A stretch of DNA of 64,000 bases, from the NCBI GenBank assembly GCA_963674945.2, contig CAXXWQ010000004.1, positions 1,184,001 to 1,248,000 on the forward strand, given 5' to 3'. The translations under genes and the position numbers were made by a program. Origin of the DNA: an uncultured Desulfosarcina sp. (GTDB taxonomy: Bacteria > Desulfobacterota > Desulfobacteria > Desulfobacterales > Desulfosarcinaceae). Position 1 is the stretch's first letter; each line of letters opens with the position of its first letter. The notes under the pieces were generated by a model. That model was not told the origin of the DNA, searched no databases, and saw only the letters and a list, made by a program, of their open reading frames with translations. This document shows, piece after piece, positions 46,724 to 56,091 of this stretch.

Positions 46724-48078
46724 CGAACCTGGAAACCATGCACGTACTGGTGGTCGATGACGAGCCATCCATCCGCCGACTCATCGAGAAAGAACTGGGC
46801 AGCGAGCGGCGGAGAATCACGACGGTGGGAACCGTATCATCCGCAGATCAAGCATTCAGCCAGGAGACCTTCGACCTGGTTTTGTTGGACATGAAACTGC
46901 CGGACGGCAACGGAATGGATCTTCTCGCCCGATTCCAGGACCTTGCCCCCGAGGTCCAAGTGATCATCATCACCGGATATGGAGAGGTGGACAACGCAGT
47001 CCAGGCAATGAAGCTGGGGGCCTACGATTACATTACCAAGCCCTATGCCCTGGACCGCCTGACACTGGTCATGGAGAAGGCCTACCAGAGAACCTGCCTG
47101 CAGCGGGAAAACCGCCTTTTGCGCCAGGCCCAATCGGCTGAGATGACGCCGAAGCTGGTGGGGCAGTCCGAAGCAATGGAAAACGTACGGTTTTTAATAC
47201 GGAAAGTGGCGCCCACCCAGGTTCCGGTACTTTTAACCGGTGAAAGCGGTACGGGAAAAAACGTGGTCGCCCAGCTGATCCACGCGCTGAGCAATCGAAG
47301 CGAGTTGCCGCTGATCACCAAAAACTGCGGCACCTTTCAAAAGGATCTGCTGCGCAGTGAGTTGTTCGGCTACCGAAGGGGGGCGTTTACCGGCGCAAAC
47401 GACTCATATGAGGGCCTTTTGTCCCTGGCTCATCGAGGAACCATGTTTCTGGACGAAATCGGTGAACTCTCCGTGGAGATTCAAAGTTCTCTGTTGCGTG
47501 TGATCGAAAACCAGACATTCAGACGACTGGGAGAAAAAGAAGAGAGAAAGGTAGATGTCCGCTTTGTCTGCGCCACCAACCGTGATCTTAAAAAAGAGGT
47601 GGAGGCGGGACGATTCAGCGAGGCCCTGTATCATCGTCTCAATGTTTTCAAGATCGCCCTGCCCCCGCTTCGCAATCGGAAAGACGATATCCCGGCCCTC
47701 ATCGAATATTTCCTCGGTCGGCTTCGTCCGGGAGAGCGAATGGCCCGCATCACCGACGGCGCGCTCGTGTGCCTGATGGCCTATGATTGGCCGGGAAACA
47801 TCCGTGAACTGCAGAACGTACTGGAACGGGGCCTGATTCTGTCCGAGGGAGGGGTGATCACCGAACAGTCACTGCCCCGGGAGTTGGTCGATACAATGGC
47901 TTCATCCACAGCCAACGGACCGTTTTTGCCACTAAAGGAGATCGAGCGGCAACACATCCTGGCCGTTATCGAATATGTGAATGGCAGTCGCACGCGGGCA
48001 GCACAAATCCTGGGTATCGGCCGCAAAACCCTGTATCGCAAGCTTCAAGCGCTGGAAACGGTGCGTTCGACGCGCTGA
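46720..48078 (+). CDS. Sigma54-dependent response regulator (NtrC family)
   Basis: ATG 46720 (ATGA overlap); VLVVDDE, GESGTGK, GAFTGA, FLDEIG, WPGNIRELQN, Fis-type HTH. Confidence 0.94.
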   Translation: MTNLETMHVLVVDDEPSIRRLIEKELGSERRRITTVGTVSSADQAFSQETFDLVLLDMKLPDGNGMDLLARFQDLAPEVQVIIITGYGEVDNAVQAMKLGAYDYITKPYALDRLTLVMEKAYQRTCLQRENRLLRQAQSAEMTPKLVGQSEAMENVRFLIRKVAPTQVPVLLTGESGTGKNVVAQLIHALSNRSELPLITKNCGTFQKDLLRSELFGYRRGAFTGANDSYEGLLSLAHRGTMFLDEIGELSVEIQSSLLRVIENQTFRRLGEKEERKVDVRFVCATNRDLKKEVEAGRFSEALYHRLNVFKIALPPLRNRKDDIPALIEYFLGRLRPGERMARITDGALVCLMAYDWPGNIRELQNVLERGLILSEGGVITEQSLPRELVDTMASSTANGPFLPLKEIERQHILAVIEYVNGSRTRAAQILGIGRKTLYRKLQALETVRSTR

Positions 48079-48167
48079 TGACAACGATCATTCGCGTCGA
48101 TTGGAAAACCATCAGATTTCTAAGGAACTCGTTCGTCAACACAAATGAAAAGAGACTTCTTACATGT

Positions 48168-48737
48168 TCAATTATCTGCAGGGGGAAATTGCCCTAAAAT
48201 TCGATCCACGATTTCTTGCATTTTCCTGGCTGCGACGTCGGGTGTCGCGAAATCTTCCACCATATAAGTACCGACGCCCCGCCACACCAGTTGCCGTGTG
48301 TCGGCTGCATAGATGTCGATGGTCAATCGGAATTGATCGTACTGGTAGATCCTCGTGGTGGTATCCATGCCACCGTACCATGGATACGCATAGGTGCCGA
48401 TCCCCCAGGAAGTAAAACCGGTATCGCTGCGGATCTTCGATTCGATGGCCAGATGATACGTCAGCAGAATATCCGGAGAGTCCTGGTCAAGAAGGATTTT
48501 TCTCCTCTTCAGATGATCACCCACGGCCCGACGGATCCGTTTGTCGAGAAGCGGGTTGTCAATACGCGGATCACCGGTGGAAGGCCGAACCGATTGCCGC
48601 CAATTCCAAGTCTCATGGGGAACGTCTTTTTTGTCCGAATCGTAGTCCTGGCTGACCTGGACGATGGCGCACCCCGCCATGATCAGAAACACCATCGGCA
48701 AAAAGCGGTATTTCGACGATATCATGGGATCCTCCAT
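48168..48737 (-). CDS. DUF4136-like lipoprotein
   Basis: Lipobox MAGC, V..DYD, L.IDI......LVWRG, IL..FPP. Confidence 0.8.
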   Translation of the reverse strand: MEDPMISSKYRFLPMVFLIMAGCAIVQVSQDYDSDKKDVPHETWNWRQSVRPSTGDPRIDNPLLDKRIRRAVGDHLKRRKILLDQDSPDILLTYHLAIESKIRSDTGFTSWGIGTYAYPWYGGMDTTTRIYQYDQFRLTIDIYAADTRQLVWRGVGTYMVEDFATPDVAARKMQEIVDRILGQFPPADN

Positions 48738-48848
48738 GCAAAGGGCCGATTGACAGCCCCAAATGAACCGGTTACTATTTTTCTATTCTCTTTGGGATAA
48801 AGCAGGCCCAGGACCGATAGTAAACGCCATGCAAAGGACGGATATTTC

Positions 48849-49121
48849 ATGAACTCCCTTCAGGTCAATTTCATCGAATCGTCCCGGTCCATCGAAAAAC
48901 GTGAAGACTGCAATCCGGAACCGTGGAATGAAGTTTGCGATCGATACGACAATGATGTTCATCGCGTGATGGATGTCCCGGGGCACGAAGGCTATTCGGC
49001 CCTTTATGTCTGCTATGATGAGAACAATCTTCCGTTTTATTATCTGGTGGAAGAAGATGATGCATTAAAGCGCATGCGCCGGAAAACACTTCTTAAAAAA
49101 CTCGGCAAGGATTCGCCGTAG
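48849..49121 (+). CDS. Hypothetical protein
   Basis: 90-aa ORF with AAGGA upstream; protein-like composition, no recognised motif. Confidence 0.6.
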   Translation: MNSLQVNFIESSRSIEKREDCNPEPWNEVCDRYDNDVHRVMDVPGHEGYSALYVCYDENNLPFYYLVEEDDALKRMRRKTLLKKLGKDSP

Positions 49122-49266
49122 GGTATAAGGAAAAGAGGGGTGGTATTGTTTCGATGACGAAAAGCGCTGCAAACCAAATGTGCCACCATGAAAATGGAAC
49201 CATCGTGCTGAAAACAGATTAGATGTTCATTCGCCTGTCCGAAGGATACCGTACGGGCGCATCATC

Positions 49267-49548
49267 TCAATCGCCGTTAATCTTACTTCGCAGTTTTCCC
49301 GAACATTTAAAGGTGACCACCCTGCGTTCCCGCAAGGTCAGGTCAGAACCGGTGGCCGGATTTCTACCCCTGCGCGCCTTTTTCTGTTTTACGCAAAACT
49401 TGCCGAAACCCGACACAAGCACATCGTCTCCACTTTCGAGATTACCCTTTATAATTTCCAGAAGGGACTCGACCGTTTCTATGGACTTTTTTTTCGTGAA
49501 ACCAAGGTCGTTTACCTTTGCGACGATATCGTTTTTGGTCAATGCCAT
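49267..49548 (-). CDS. ihfA: Integration host factor subunit alpha
   Basis: MALTK, SGFGKF, R.GRNPATG, RRVVTF..S.KL; GGGAGG RBS. Confidence 0.9.
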   Translation of the reverse strand: MALTKNDIVAKVNDLGFTKKKSIETVESLLEIIKGNLESGDDVLVSGFGKFCVKQKKARRGRNPATGSDLTLRERRVVTFKCSGKLRSKINGD

Positions 49549-49644
49549 TGCGCCTCCCTAAGAGAAGTGTTGCCCAGTGCCTGGATTTTTTATTTGTATC
49601 ACCGAAGAAGTACCAGTACCCTTTGGGTGCGGAACGTAAAGGGA

Positions 49645-49776
49645 TTACTGCTCCTCTGCTTCGGTGTCGGGTCCCTCGTCGGGGATGATCCGGGAGACTT
49701 TTTCCATAATCTTATCCACCCGGGTCATAATCTCGTCGATTTCCGCCTTTAGCCTTTCGTCATCATTTTCGGTCAT
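49645..49776 (-). CDS. 43-aa small acidic protein (below the ORF-track cutoff)
   Basis: AAGGA RBS, then MTENDDERLKAEIDEIMTRVDKIMEKVSRIIPDEGPDTEAEEQ and TAA. Confidence 0.55.
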   Translation of the reverse strand: MTENDDERLKAEIDEIMTRVDKIMEKVSRIIPDEGPDTEAEEQ

Positions 49777-49863
49777 TCTCTATATTCCTTTAGCGAAAGC
49801 GGCCTGTCTGTTCCACATTTCCCATGTGACAGATGATGCCGTGTTCGACCCGATCGGATCGGA

Positions 49864-50226
49864 TCATCGGGGATAGTTGCCATGGATGTAAAGGTAGTCA
49901 TAGCAGTAGGCCTGGTACTCCTTACCGGACTCTTTTTCATTTCCAAGATCGATGGAATCCTCCAAATGGGCCAGCCACTGTGACTTGGCGAAATCGTAGA
50001 GTACGTTCTCAATCAAATCCGGTGTATCGCTGACTTCGGGATTTTCCTGGATAAAACGCTTCACGGAATCGATCACGGCTTTGACGTCACGGATGTACTC
50101 GCTGGCATCCATCCGGTATTCCGTGGCAATTTCCAGGAACTTGATCAGCAGTAACTTCGATGTACCCTCTACGGCATCGATACAATTCATCGGATCCCAT
50201 TTCATCCAATGGGGGCAAGTGGGCAA
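49864..50226 (-). CDS. Hypothetical helical protein
   Basis: 120-aa ORF with protein-like composition; true start probably a downstream ATG. Confidence 0.6.
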   Translation of the reverse strand: MPTCPHWMKWDPMNCIDAVEGTSKLLLIKFLEIATEYRMDASEYIRDVKAVIDSVKRFIQENPEVSDTPDLIENVLYDFAKSQWLAHLEDSIDLGNEKESGKEYQAYCYDYLYIHGNYPR

Positions 50227-50376
50227 TTTTGCAATTTCACCAGTTGTCAGATACAGCTTTGTTCAATAAAATCATACAGCTATTAGAAATATACGATAAA
50301 ACCGGATGATGTCAAGCATCATGTGCGGCAAGGTATGAAATCACCGACCAGCCGATGAGCGGGATGTTTAATGATG

Positions 50377-50440
50377 CCCCTCCGAAGGGGGATTGAAAAC
50401 GGATTGATGAACGTCGAACTTCCAACATCGAACGTTGAAT
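50377..50440 (+). repeat. 39-bp dispersed repeat, copy B, extended by degenerate heptamer tandem repeats
   Basis: Matches 42146-42184; GAACGTC GAACTTC CAACATC GAACGTT GAAT from 50409. Confidence 0.6.
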
Positions 50441-50554
50441 AAGGAATTCTATCCATTTTAAACAACGCCCTCTTTTCTTATCCTGCTTAAAAGATGGGAC
50501 GGCTTCCGTCGGCTCGATTCCCCTTGGGACTTACTCCTGAAGAGGAGTATCTTA

Positions 50555-52408
50555 TTACATCTCCTGCAGCACATCCTCAATCTCGTCGAAAAACCGGCTG
50601 CGCGCATTAAACTGTCCCTTTCGGGAGCCTGCGCAAGTGATGTACAGGTAGCGTTCGGCACGCGTAACGGCCACGTACATGAGTCGGCGTTCTTCCTCCA
50701 AGTCCTCGTATCGCTCCAGGGAACGCCAATGGGGAAAGAGCTGTTCTTCGCAACCGATCACGAAAACCGTGTGGAACTCCAGCCCCTTGGCCCCGTGCAC
50801 GGTTGAGAGGTTGACCCCTGCGGAAGCTTCTTCATCGCCCTTGTCCTCACGAATCAGGGCGGCCTCTTCCAGGTATTCGACAATGGTCTCTTTTTGTGAG
50901 GCGACGTGGATCAATTGATCGATATTTTCCTGCCGGACTGTCAGATCCATGGCATTGGCACGGGTATACTTTTCCAGGTGGTCCATATAGTTGGTTCGAA
51001 AAATGGTCTGGCGGATCGCCTCGTCGGGTTTCAGATCCCGAATTTCGTCCAGCAATGACAACAAGTCGGAAAGAGAGTGGTATAGTTTTGGCGAAAGGAC
51101 CCGTTCGGCAATGGCTTTTCTTGCCGCATCCTTCAGGCTCATATCACCGATTCGCATCTGGGAGATCTTCTTTACGGTCCCTGGCCCGATGCCCCGCTTC
51201 GGCGTGTTGAGAACCCTTTCGAATGCCGTGTCATCTTTGTCGAACACCGCCGCGGTGATGTAACAGTTCAGATCGAGGATCTCCGCCCGCTCGAAAAATC
51301 CCTTTCCTCCCATCATATGGTAAGGGATCTTCGCCTGGCGGAACGCCCGCTCGAACGGCAAGGAGCAGAACTTCGTGCGATACAGCACCGCCATCTTCTC
51401 CAAAGGGATGTCCATTCGGGACAGACTGCGAATCTTGTCCGCCACCCATAGCGCCTCATCCCGGTCATCGTAAAACTCATGGGTCTCCACCACGCCCCCC
51501 GCCTTTTTCGAAAAGCAGTCTTTTTCCATCCGGTTTTCGTTGTGCCCGATGACCCGATTTCCCAGTTGGACGATCTCATCGGCACTTCGATAGTTTTGTT
51601 CCAGACGAAAAATCCGCGCGCCCGCGTACTTTTTTGTAAAAGAGAGAAAGTGGTCCACGTTGCTCATGCGAAACGAGTAGATGGACTGCCAGTCGTCTCC
51701 CACGGCAAAGAGGTTTCCATGATTGAGCAACAGGGCGGTAATCTCCTCGTTCAGGTCGTTGGTGTCCTGATATTCGTCACAAAGGATATACTGAAACCGT
51801 TTTTGATATTGTTTTCGCAACTCGAGATGGTCTCGCAGCAGATTTCGGGTCAACAGCAGGATATTGTCAAAATCCACCGCATTGGCTGCCTTGAGAATCT
51901 CTTCGTATCGCAGGTACACATCGGTCAGCCGGATGTGGCCCAAGTGGGAGTGGCGGTCGAAATAGGCACCGGGATGACCGCTGTTTTTGGCGTTGGATAT
52001 CTGGGCGAGAACGCCCATGGCGTATTTCTTGTCGTAATTCAGTGCCAGCAGCACCTCTTTTACCGTCTTTTGCTGGTGGTATGTCGTGAAGACCTGCAAG
52101 GGTGCGGCATAACCGGCAAGATCCAAGTTTTCCTTCAAGATCCGAAAGCAGGCGCTGTGGTAGGTCCGCACCCAGGGAAATCGGTTGAGCCCCATGCCGG
52201 TCATGCGGATCAGGCGGTTTTTCATTTCATCGGCGGCCTTGTTGGTAAAGGTGATGGCCAGGATTCGTTCCGGCGGTATGCCCGAATCCACGAGGTGGGC
52301 AAACTTGGCAGTCAAGGTACGGGTTTTTCCAGATCCGGCACCGGCCACCACCAGGGCCGGTGAACCTTTGTATTCGACGGCAGCTTGCTGCTCGGGTGAA
52401 AGCTGCAT
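50555..52408 (-). CDS. UvrD/PcrA/Rep-family helicase
   Basis: AGAGSGKT, TFTNKAA, DEYQD, GDDWQSIY.FR, LEQNYRS, TVHGAKGLEF, EERRLMYVA.TRA; ATG 52408. Confidence 0.95.
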   Translation of the reverse strand: MQLSPEQQAAVEYKGSPALVVAGAGSGKTRTLTAKFAHLVDSGIPPERILAITFTNKAADEMKNRLIRMTGMGLNRFPWVRTYHSACFRILKENLDLAGYAAPLQVFTTYHQQKTVKEVLLALNYDKKYAMGVLAQISNAKNSGHPGAYFDRHSHLGHIRLTDVYLRYEEILKAANAVDFDNILLLTRNLLRDHLELRKQYQKRFQYILCDEYQDTNDLNEEITALLLNHGNLFAVGDDWQSIYSFRMSNVDHFLSFTKKYAGARIFRLEQNYRSADEIVQLGNRVIGHNENRMEKDCFSKKAGGVVETHEFYDDRDEALWVADKIRSLSRMDIPLEKMAVLYRTKFCSLPFERAFRQAKIPYHMMGGKGFFERAEILDLNCYITAAVFDKDDTAFERVLNTPKRGIGPGTVKKISQMRIGDMSLKDAARKAIAERVLSPKLYHSLSDLLSLLDEIRDLKPDEAIRQTIFRTNYMDHLEKYTRANAMDLTVRQENIDQLIHVASQKETIVEYLEEAALIREDKGDEEASAGVNLSTVHGAKGLEFHTVFVIGCEEQLFPHWRSLERYEDLEEERRLMYVAVTRAERYLYITCAGSRKGQFNARSRFFDEIEDVLQEM

Positions 52409-52475
52409 GGATGCTCCCTCCCTCAAGAAAAAGGGCTCCCGCAAAAAATGATTGGGGGAACCCGTGAGTCGGTTG

Positions 52476-52551
52476 TGGAGCCGGCGAGCGGACTCGAACC
52501 GCTGACCTGCTGATTACGAATCAGCTGCTCTACCAGCTGAGCTACGCCGGC
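52476..52551 (-). tRNA. tRNA-Thr (anticodon CGT)
   Basis: GCCGGCGTAGCTCAGCTGGTAGAGCAGCTGATTCGTAATCAGCAGGTCAGCGGTTCGAGTCCGCTCGCCGGCTCCA; cloverleaf with encoded CCA. Confidence 0.97.
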
Positions 52552-52787
52552 AAAACCACGAAAAGCCTTGTATCATGGGTGTTTATGGCCGGTCAAGCCG
52601 TTTCTTTCATTTGCGACAATAAGGCTTCATGAGGGCGTTGTGTCCGTCATTCCCGAACACCGTCCAGACGCTAAAACCAATCTGCCGCAAGCCGCAAAGT
52701 GACCATGCGGTGCCAGTGCTTCCCATAAGGCCAGCATGCCCGGTTCCCGGTCGGTTGTGGTGAGGTGATGGGTTGAACAGATACGAA

Positions 52788-54190
52788 GATTCGATCAGTT
52801 TCACCGCAATCTACCCTACAGCGCCCTGGCCGTAGCATTGCGTGACCTGGTGCGCCAGCTTCTGACCGAGTCCGAGGACGCACTGGCCGGATGGCGGGAA
52901 CGCATTTTAAAGGCCGTGGGTGATAACGGCCAATTGATGATCGACATCATTGGCGAACTGGAGCTGATTATCGGTCCTCAGCCTGCGGTGGCCGAGTCGC
53001 CGCCAATGGAGGCGGAGCAGCGCTTTCACAGGATCTTTCTGCGATTCATCCAGGTGTTTTGCAAACCGAACCATCCTTTGGTGATTTTCCTGGATGACCT
53101 GCAATGGGCCGACAGCGCCAGCATGCGGCTGATTGATTTGCTGAGTAGCCAAGAATCCGGCACCGGCCACCTTTTGCTCATCGGGGCCTATCGGGACAAC
53201 GAGGTCCAGGCGGGACATCCTGTCGCGCTCTGGCGCAAGGATCTGCGTGATCGGGATATGTCCCTGGAAGAGCTGCATTTACAGCCCCTTCATCTCGACC
53301 ACTTGATCCAGCTTTTGGCAGACACCCTTGGCACAGATGAACGTGAAGTCGAAGCCCTTGCGGTTATCGTCTCACAAAAGACAGCTTGGATGTCGGATTT
53401 TCACGGGCCAAAACCTTGCTGGACAAGGTCAACCTCCACCTTGTACAGATCTCTGCATTTATGGCACGCGGTCAGTCGCCCGAAGCGATCGATGTCGCCA
53501 AAGCAGTTCTCGCCCAACTGGGACACCGTTATCCGGCCAGACCAAAACCTTGGCATGTCATCATAAAACTCATACAGCTGAAGTGGCTTTTGCGCAAAAA
53601 GAGCGCAGACGACCTTCATAACCTCCCGGAAATGACCGATCCCATGCATCGAGCCGCCATGAGCATTGGTCAGCGTATCGGCGGGGCGGCGATGTTCGCC
53701 CAAGCGAACCTGCTGCCAATGATGATTTTTCATGGCACCAAGATCTCTCTGATTCATGGACACGCACCCGAGTCTCTCAAACCTACGCTGCCTTCGGCAT
53801 GGTATTGGCGGAATCATTGGGCGAAGTCGACCAGGGATTGGCATTTGGTCAATTGGGTCTGGATTTGATGGAACGATTCCACCCCTATCCTTTAAAAGGC
53901 CGGATGTTACATGTTTACAACGGACTGTTGCGCCACTGGAAGGAGCCGATCCGAAACAGCCTAAAGCCGCTGCACCAAGCATTTCTGGCATGCCTGGAGA
54001 CCGGCGATTTCGAGTATGCGGCCCACGCCGTTGCAGTTCGGTTGGGGTATGAATTTTATGCTGGTAAAGATCTTGCGCAGTTACAAAAAGAGCTCGTCGA
54101 ATACCTGTCGGTCATGCGACCTCTCAATCAAGGTCCCCGTATCCATTACCTTCATTGCAGCCTTCAGGCCGTACTACGACGACCTGGGAA
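52788..54190 (+). pseudogene. Fragments of a large AAA-ATPase/TPR sensor protein
   Basis: FDQFHRNLPYSAL...LVRQLLTE, PLVIFLDDLQWAD, IGAYRDNEV, LRHWKE, ETGD.EYA; no N-terminus; frame breaks at about 53385, 53780 and 54175. Confidence 0.75.
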
Positions 54191-55216
54191 ACACCTCACG
54201 CCAGCGTGGATATCGGTTCTCTGATCAAGGCCCTGAAAGCCATTGCGAGTGAGACCGTGCACAGTCGCATGGTAAAGACCATTATCAATACGGCAATGGA
54301 ATTTGCAGGTGCACAGCGAGGAACGCTTTTGCTCATGAAAACCGATGGTGAACTGAAAATCGAAGCCGAAGCAAGTGTGGACGGTGGCGATCCGAAAATT
54401 TTGCAATCCCTTCCGGTGTCAGCGGCCAAATTGCCCCAGGCTGTGATCAACTATGTTTGTCGAACCCTGTCGAGTATCGTGATCCATGATGCCCAGAAGC
54501 CCAATGATCAAATACCCGGTCTTCCTCAGGACCCGTCTGTGATGGTCAAGGGAATTCGTTCCCTGCTGTGCCTGCCGATATTGGCTGAAAATGGTGAGGG
54601 AAACGACCTGATCGGCATGCTTTACCTGGAAAACAATAGAGCCAGCGGCACCTTTACCCAGGAGCGGTTCGAAACACTGGAGATCATTTGCCTGTCTGCT
54701 GCGGGCCGCCTGGAATTATCGCGAAAGGCGGTCATCGACGGCCTGACCGAACTGTACAATCACTACTATTTCCAGAGTATTCTCAGCGAGAATTTCGCCT
54801 CGGCCCGCCGGCATGGCCAACCGCTGTCCCTGGTTCTCATCGACATCGATCACTTCAAGCGTTTTAACGATACCTGGGGACATCAGGTCGGCGATCTGGT
54901 ACTCAAAGAGGTGGCCCAGGTGATCAAATCATCATGTCGTGGCGGTGATACGGTAGCCCGTTATGGTGGAGAGGAGATAGCTGTTATCTTGCCCATGGCC
55001 CAGAACCATAAAGCCGAGATAGTAGCCGAGCGTGTCCGCAAGGCCATAGAGAATCACCGTATCAGTCACGGCGATGAACAGTTGTCGGTCACTATCAGCT
55101 TGGGTCTTGCCATCTTCGATGCCACCATTGCCGATAAAGATGAACTGATTCGGCGTGCCGACGAAGCACTTTACCGTTCCAAAGCCCAAGGGCGCAACCG
55201 GCTTACGATTGGATAA
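54155..55216 (+). CDS. GAF-GGDEF diguanylate cyclase portion (C-terminal remnant, frame intact)
   Basis: GAF (YLEN, FT.ER), DGLT.LYN, DIDHFKRFND..GH..GD, RGGD I-site, RYGGEEI, AD.ALY..K..GRN; start uncertain. Confidence 0.8.
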   Translation: MQPSGRTTTTWETPHASVDIGSLIKALKAIASETVHSRMVKTIINTAMEFAGAQRGTLLLMKTDGELKIEAEASVDGGDPKILQSLPVSAAKLPQAVINYVCRTLSSIVIHDAQKPNDQIPGLPQDPSVMVKGIRSLLCLPILAENGEGNDLIGMLYLENNRASGTFTQERFETLEIICLSAAGRLELSRKAVIDGLTELYNHYYFQSILSENFASARRHGQPLSLVLIDIDHFKRFNDTWGHQVGDLVLKEVAQVIKSSCRGGDTVARYGGEEIAVILPMAQNHKAEIVAERVRKAIENHRISHGDEQLSVTISLGLAIFDATIADKDELIRRADEALYRSKAQGRNRLTIG

Positions 55217-55361
55217 CATCAATTTTTGATGTGAGTAAAAAATTTAGATACAGTGAGTATTTCGGTCCTTCTGCAAAAAAAATAAGTCTTTAAATGTTCC
55301 GGCAAGAAGGCACTTGCAATTATTGAATGAAAATCACTAAGGATATCTCAGGGACAGTGGA

Positions 55362-55727
55362 TTGTTGCATCATCTTATGCGGATTGCCGATCTTGATACC
55401 CTCATGGCCCATCCCATTCGAGGTAAATCCTGGGAGGGAATGGTAACGGAAGAAATTTTACGACGGTTGAACGCGCGCGGTATCAGTTATGATGCCTACC
55501 ATTATCGTACATCCGGTGGTGCTGAAGTGGATCTAATCCTGGAAGGCGAATTCGGCCTCATCCCCATTGAGATTAAATCCTCACAAACGGTTTTGCCACA
55601 GCGATTACGCGCCATTAAAAATTTTGTTCGGGAGTACGGATGTCGTTTTGGTCTTGTTATCAATAACGATGAGGCTGTCCGGCGCTATGCCGACGACATT
55701 GTTGGCATACCGTTTGGGTATCTTTAA
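55362..55727 (+). pseudogene. DUF4143-like C-terminal fragment of an AAA+ ATPase
   Basis: G.SWEG.V, YRT..GAEVDL, IPIEIK; ATPase N-terminal part absent. Confidence 0.7.
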
Positions 55728-55976
55728 CGGAGATGAAATGCAGCTAAAAGACATTTAGGGAAAAAATTGTCTCCAATCTTTCCTTCGAAACCATTTTTGG
55801 ACGATTCCGGATGAATTTATTTTGTAATGACTCCAAATGGAACTTTCACCGGGAATCGCTGTACTGGCCATGGTGTTGGATACACTTTCGGAAAGAACTT
55901 TTTGGTTTATATGAGCTCTGTTGACTTTGTCAAAAAAGGGTGACAGAAACAGTCTTTCGGAAACAATCCGGATACG

Positions 55977-56014
55977 AAAAATCAAGCCCCTGAATTTCAG
56001 GGGTTTTTTGATTT
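55977..56014. terminator. Hairpin flanked by A and T tracts (possible bidirectional terminator)
   Basis: AAAAATCAAG-CCCCTGAA-TT-TCAGGGG-TTTTTTGATTT. Confidence 0.55.
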
Positions 56015-56029
56015 AGGCCGAACGCGTAA

Positions 56030-56066
56030 GAATCAGCTGCGCTACCATCTGGTCTACGCCGGCAAA
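56030..56066 (-). repeat. Degenerate copy of the tRNA-Thr 5' half (att-like site)
   Basis: GCCGGCGTAGACCAGATGGTAGCGCAGCTGATTC versus tRNA nt 1-34; 4 mismatches. Confidence 0.8.
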
Positions 56067-56091
56067 TATAAAAAAACTTCGTATTACGGCT

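Larger units (their letters stand above)
52518..56066. mobile_element. Decayed tRNA-integrated islet (no integrase left) bounded by 37-bp direct repeats
   Basis: 52518-52554 and 56030-56066 are 33/37 identical; the interior holds mostly broken genes. Confidence 0.6.

Noticed and set aside
50555..52408. UvrD helicase beside a tRNA as a defence-system component
   Set aside because: It looks like a housekeeping PcrA/Rep-type helicase, lies outside the repeat-bounded islet, and has no nuclease partner.
56013..56030. GGCCGAACGCGTAAG resembling an IS terminal inverted repeat
   Set aside because: No partner end, target duplication or transposase seen; too short to support.
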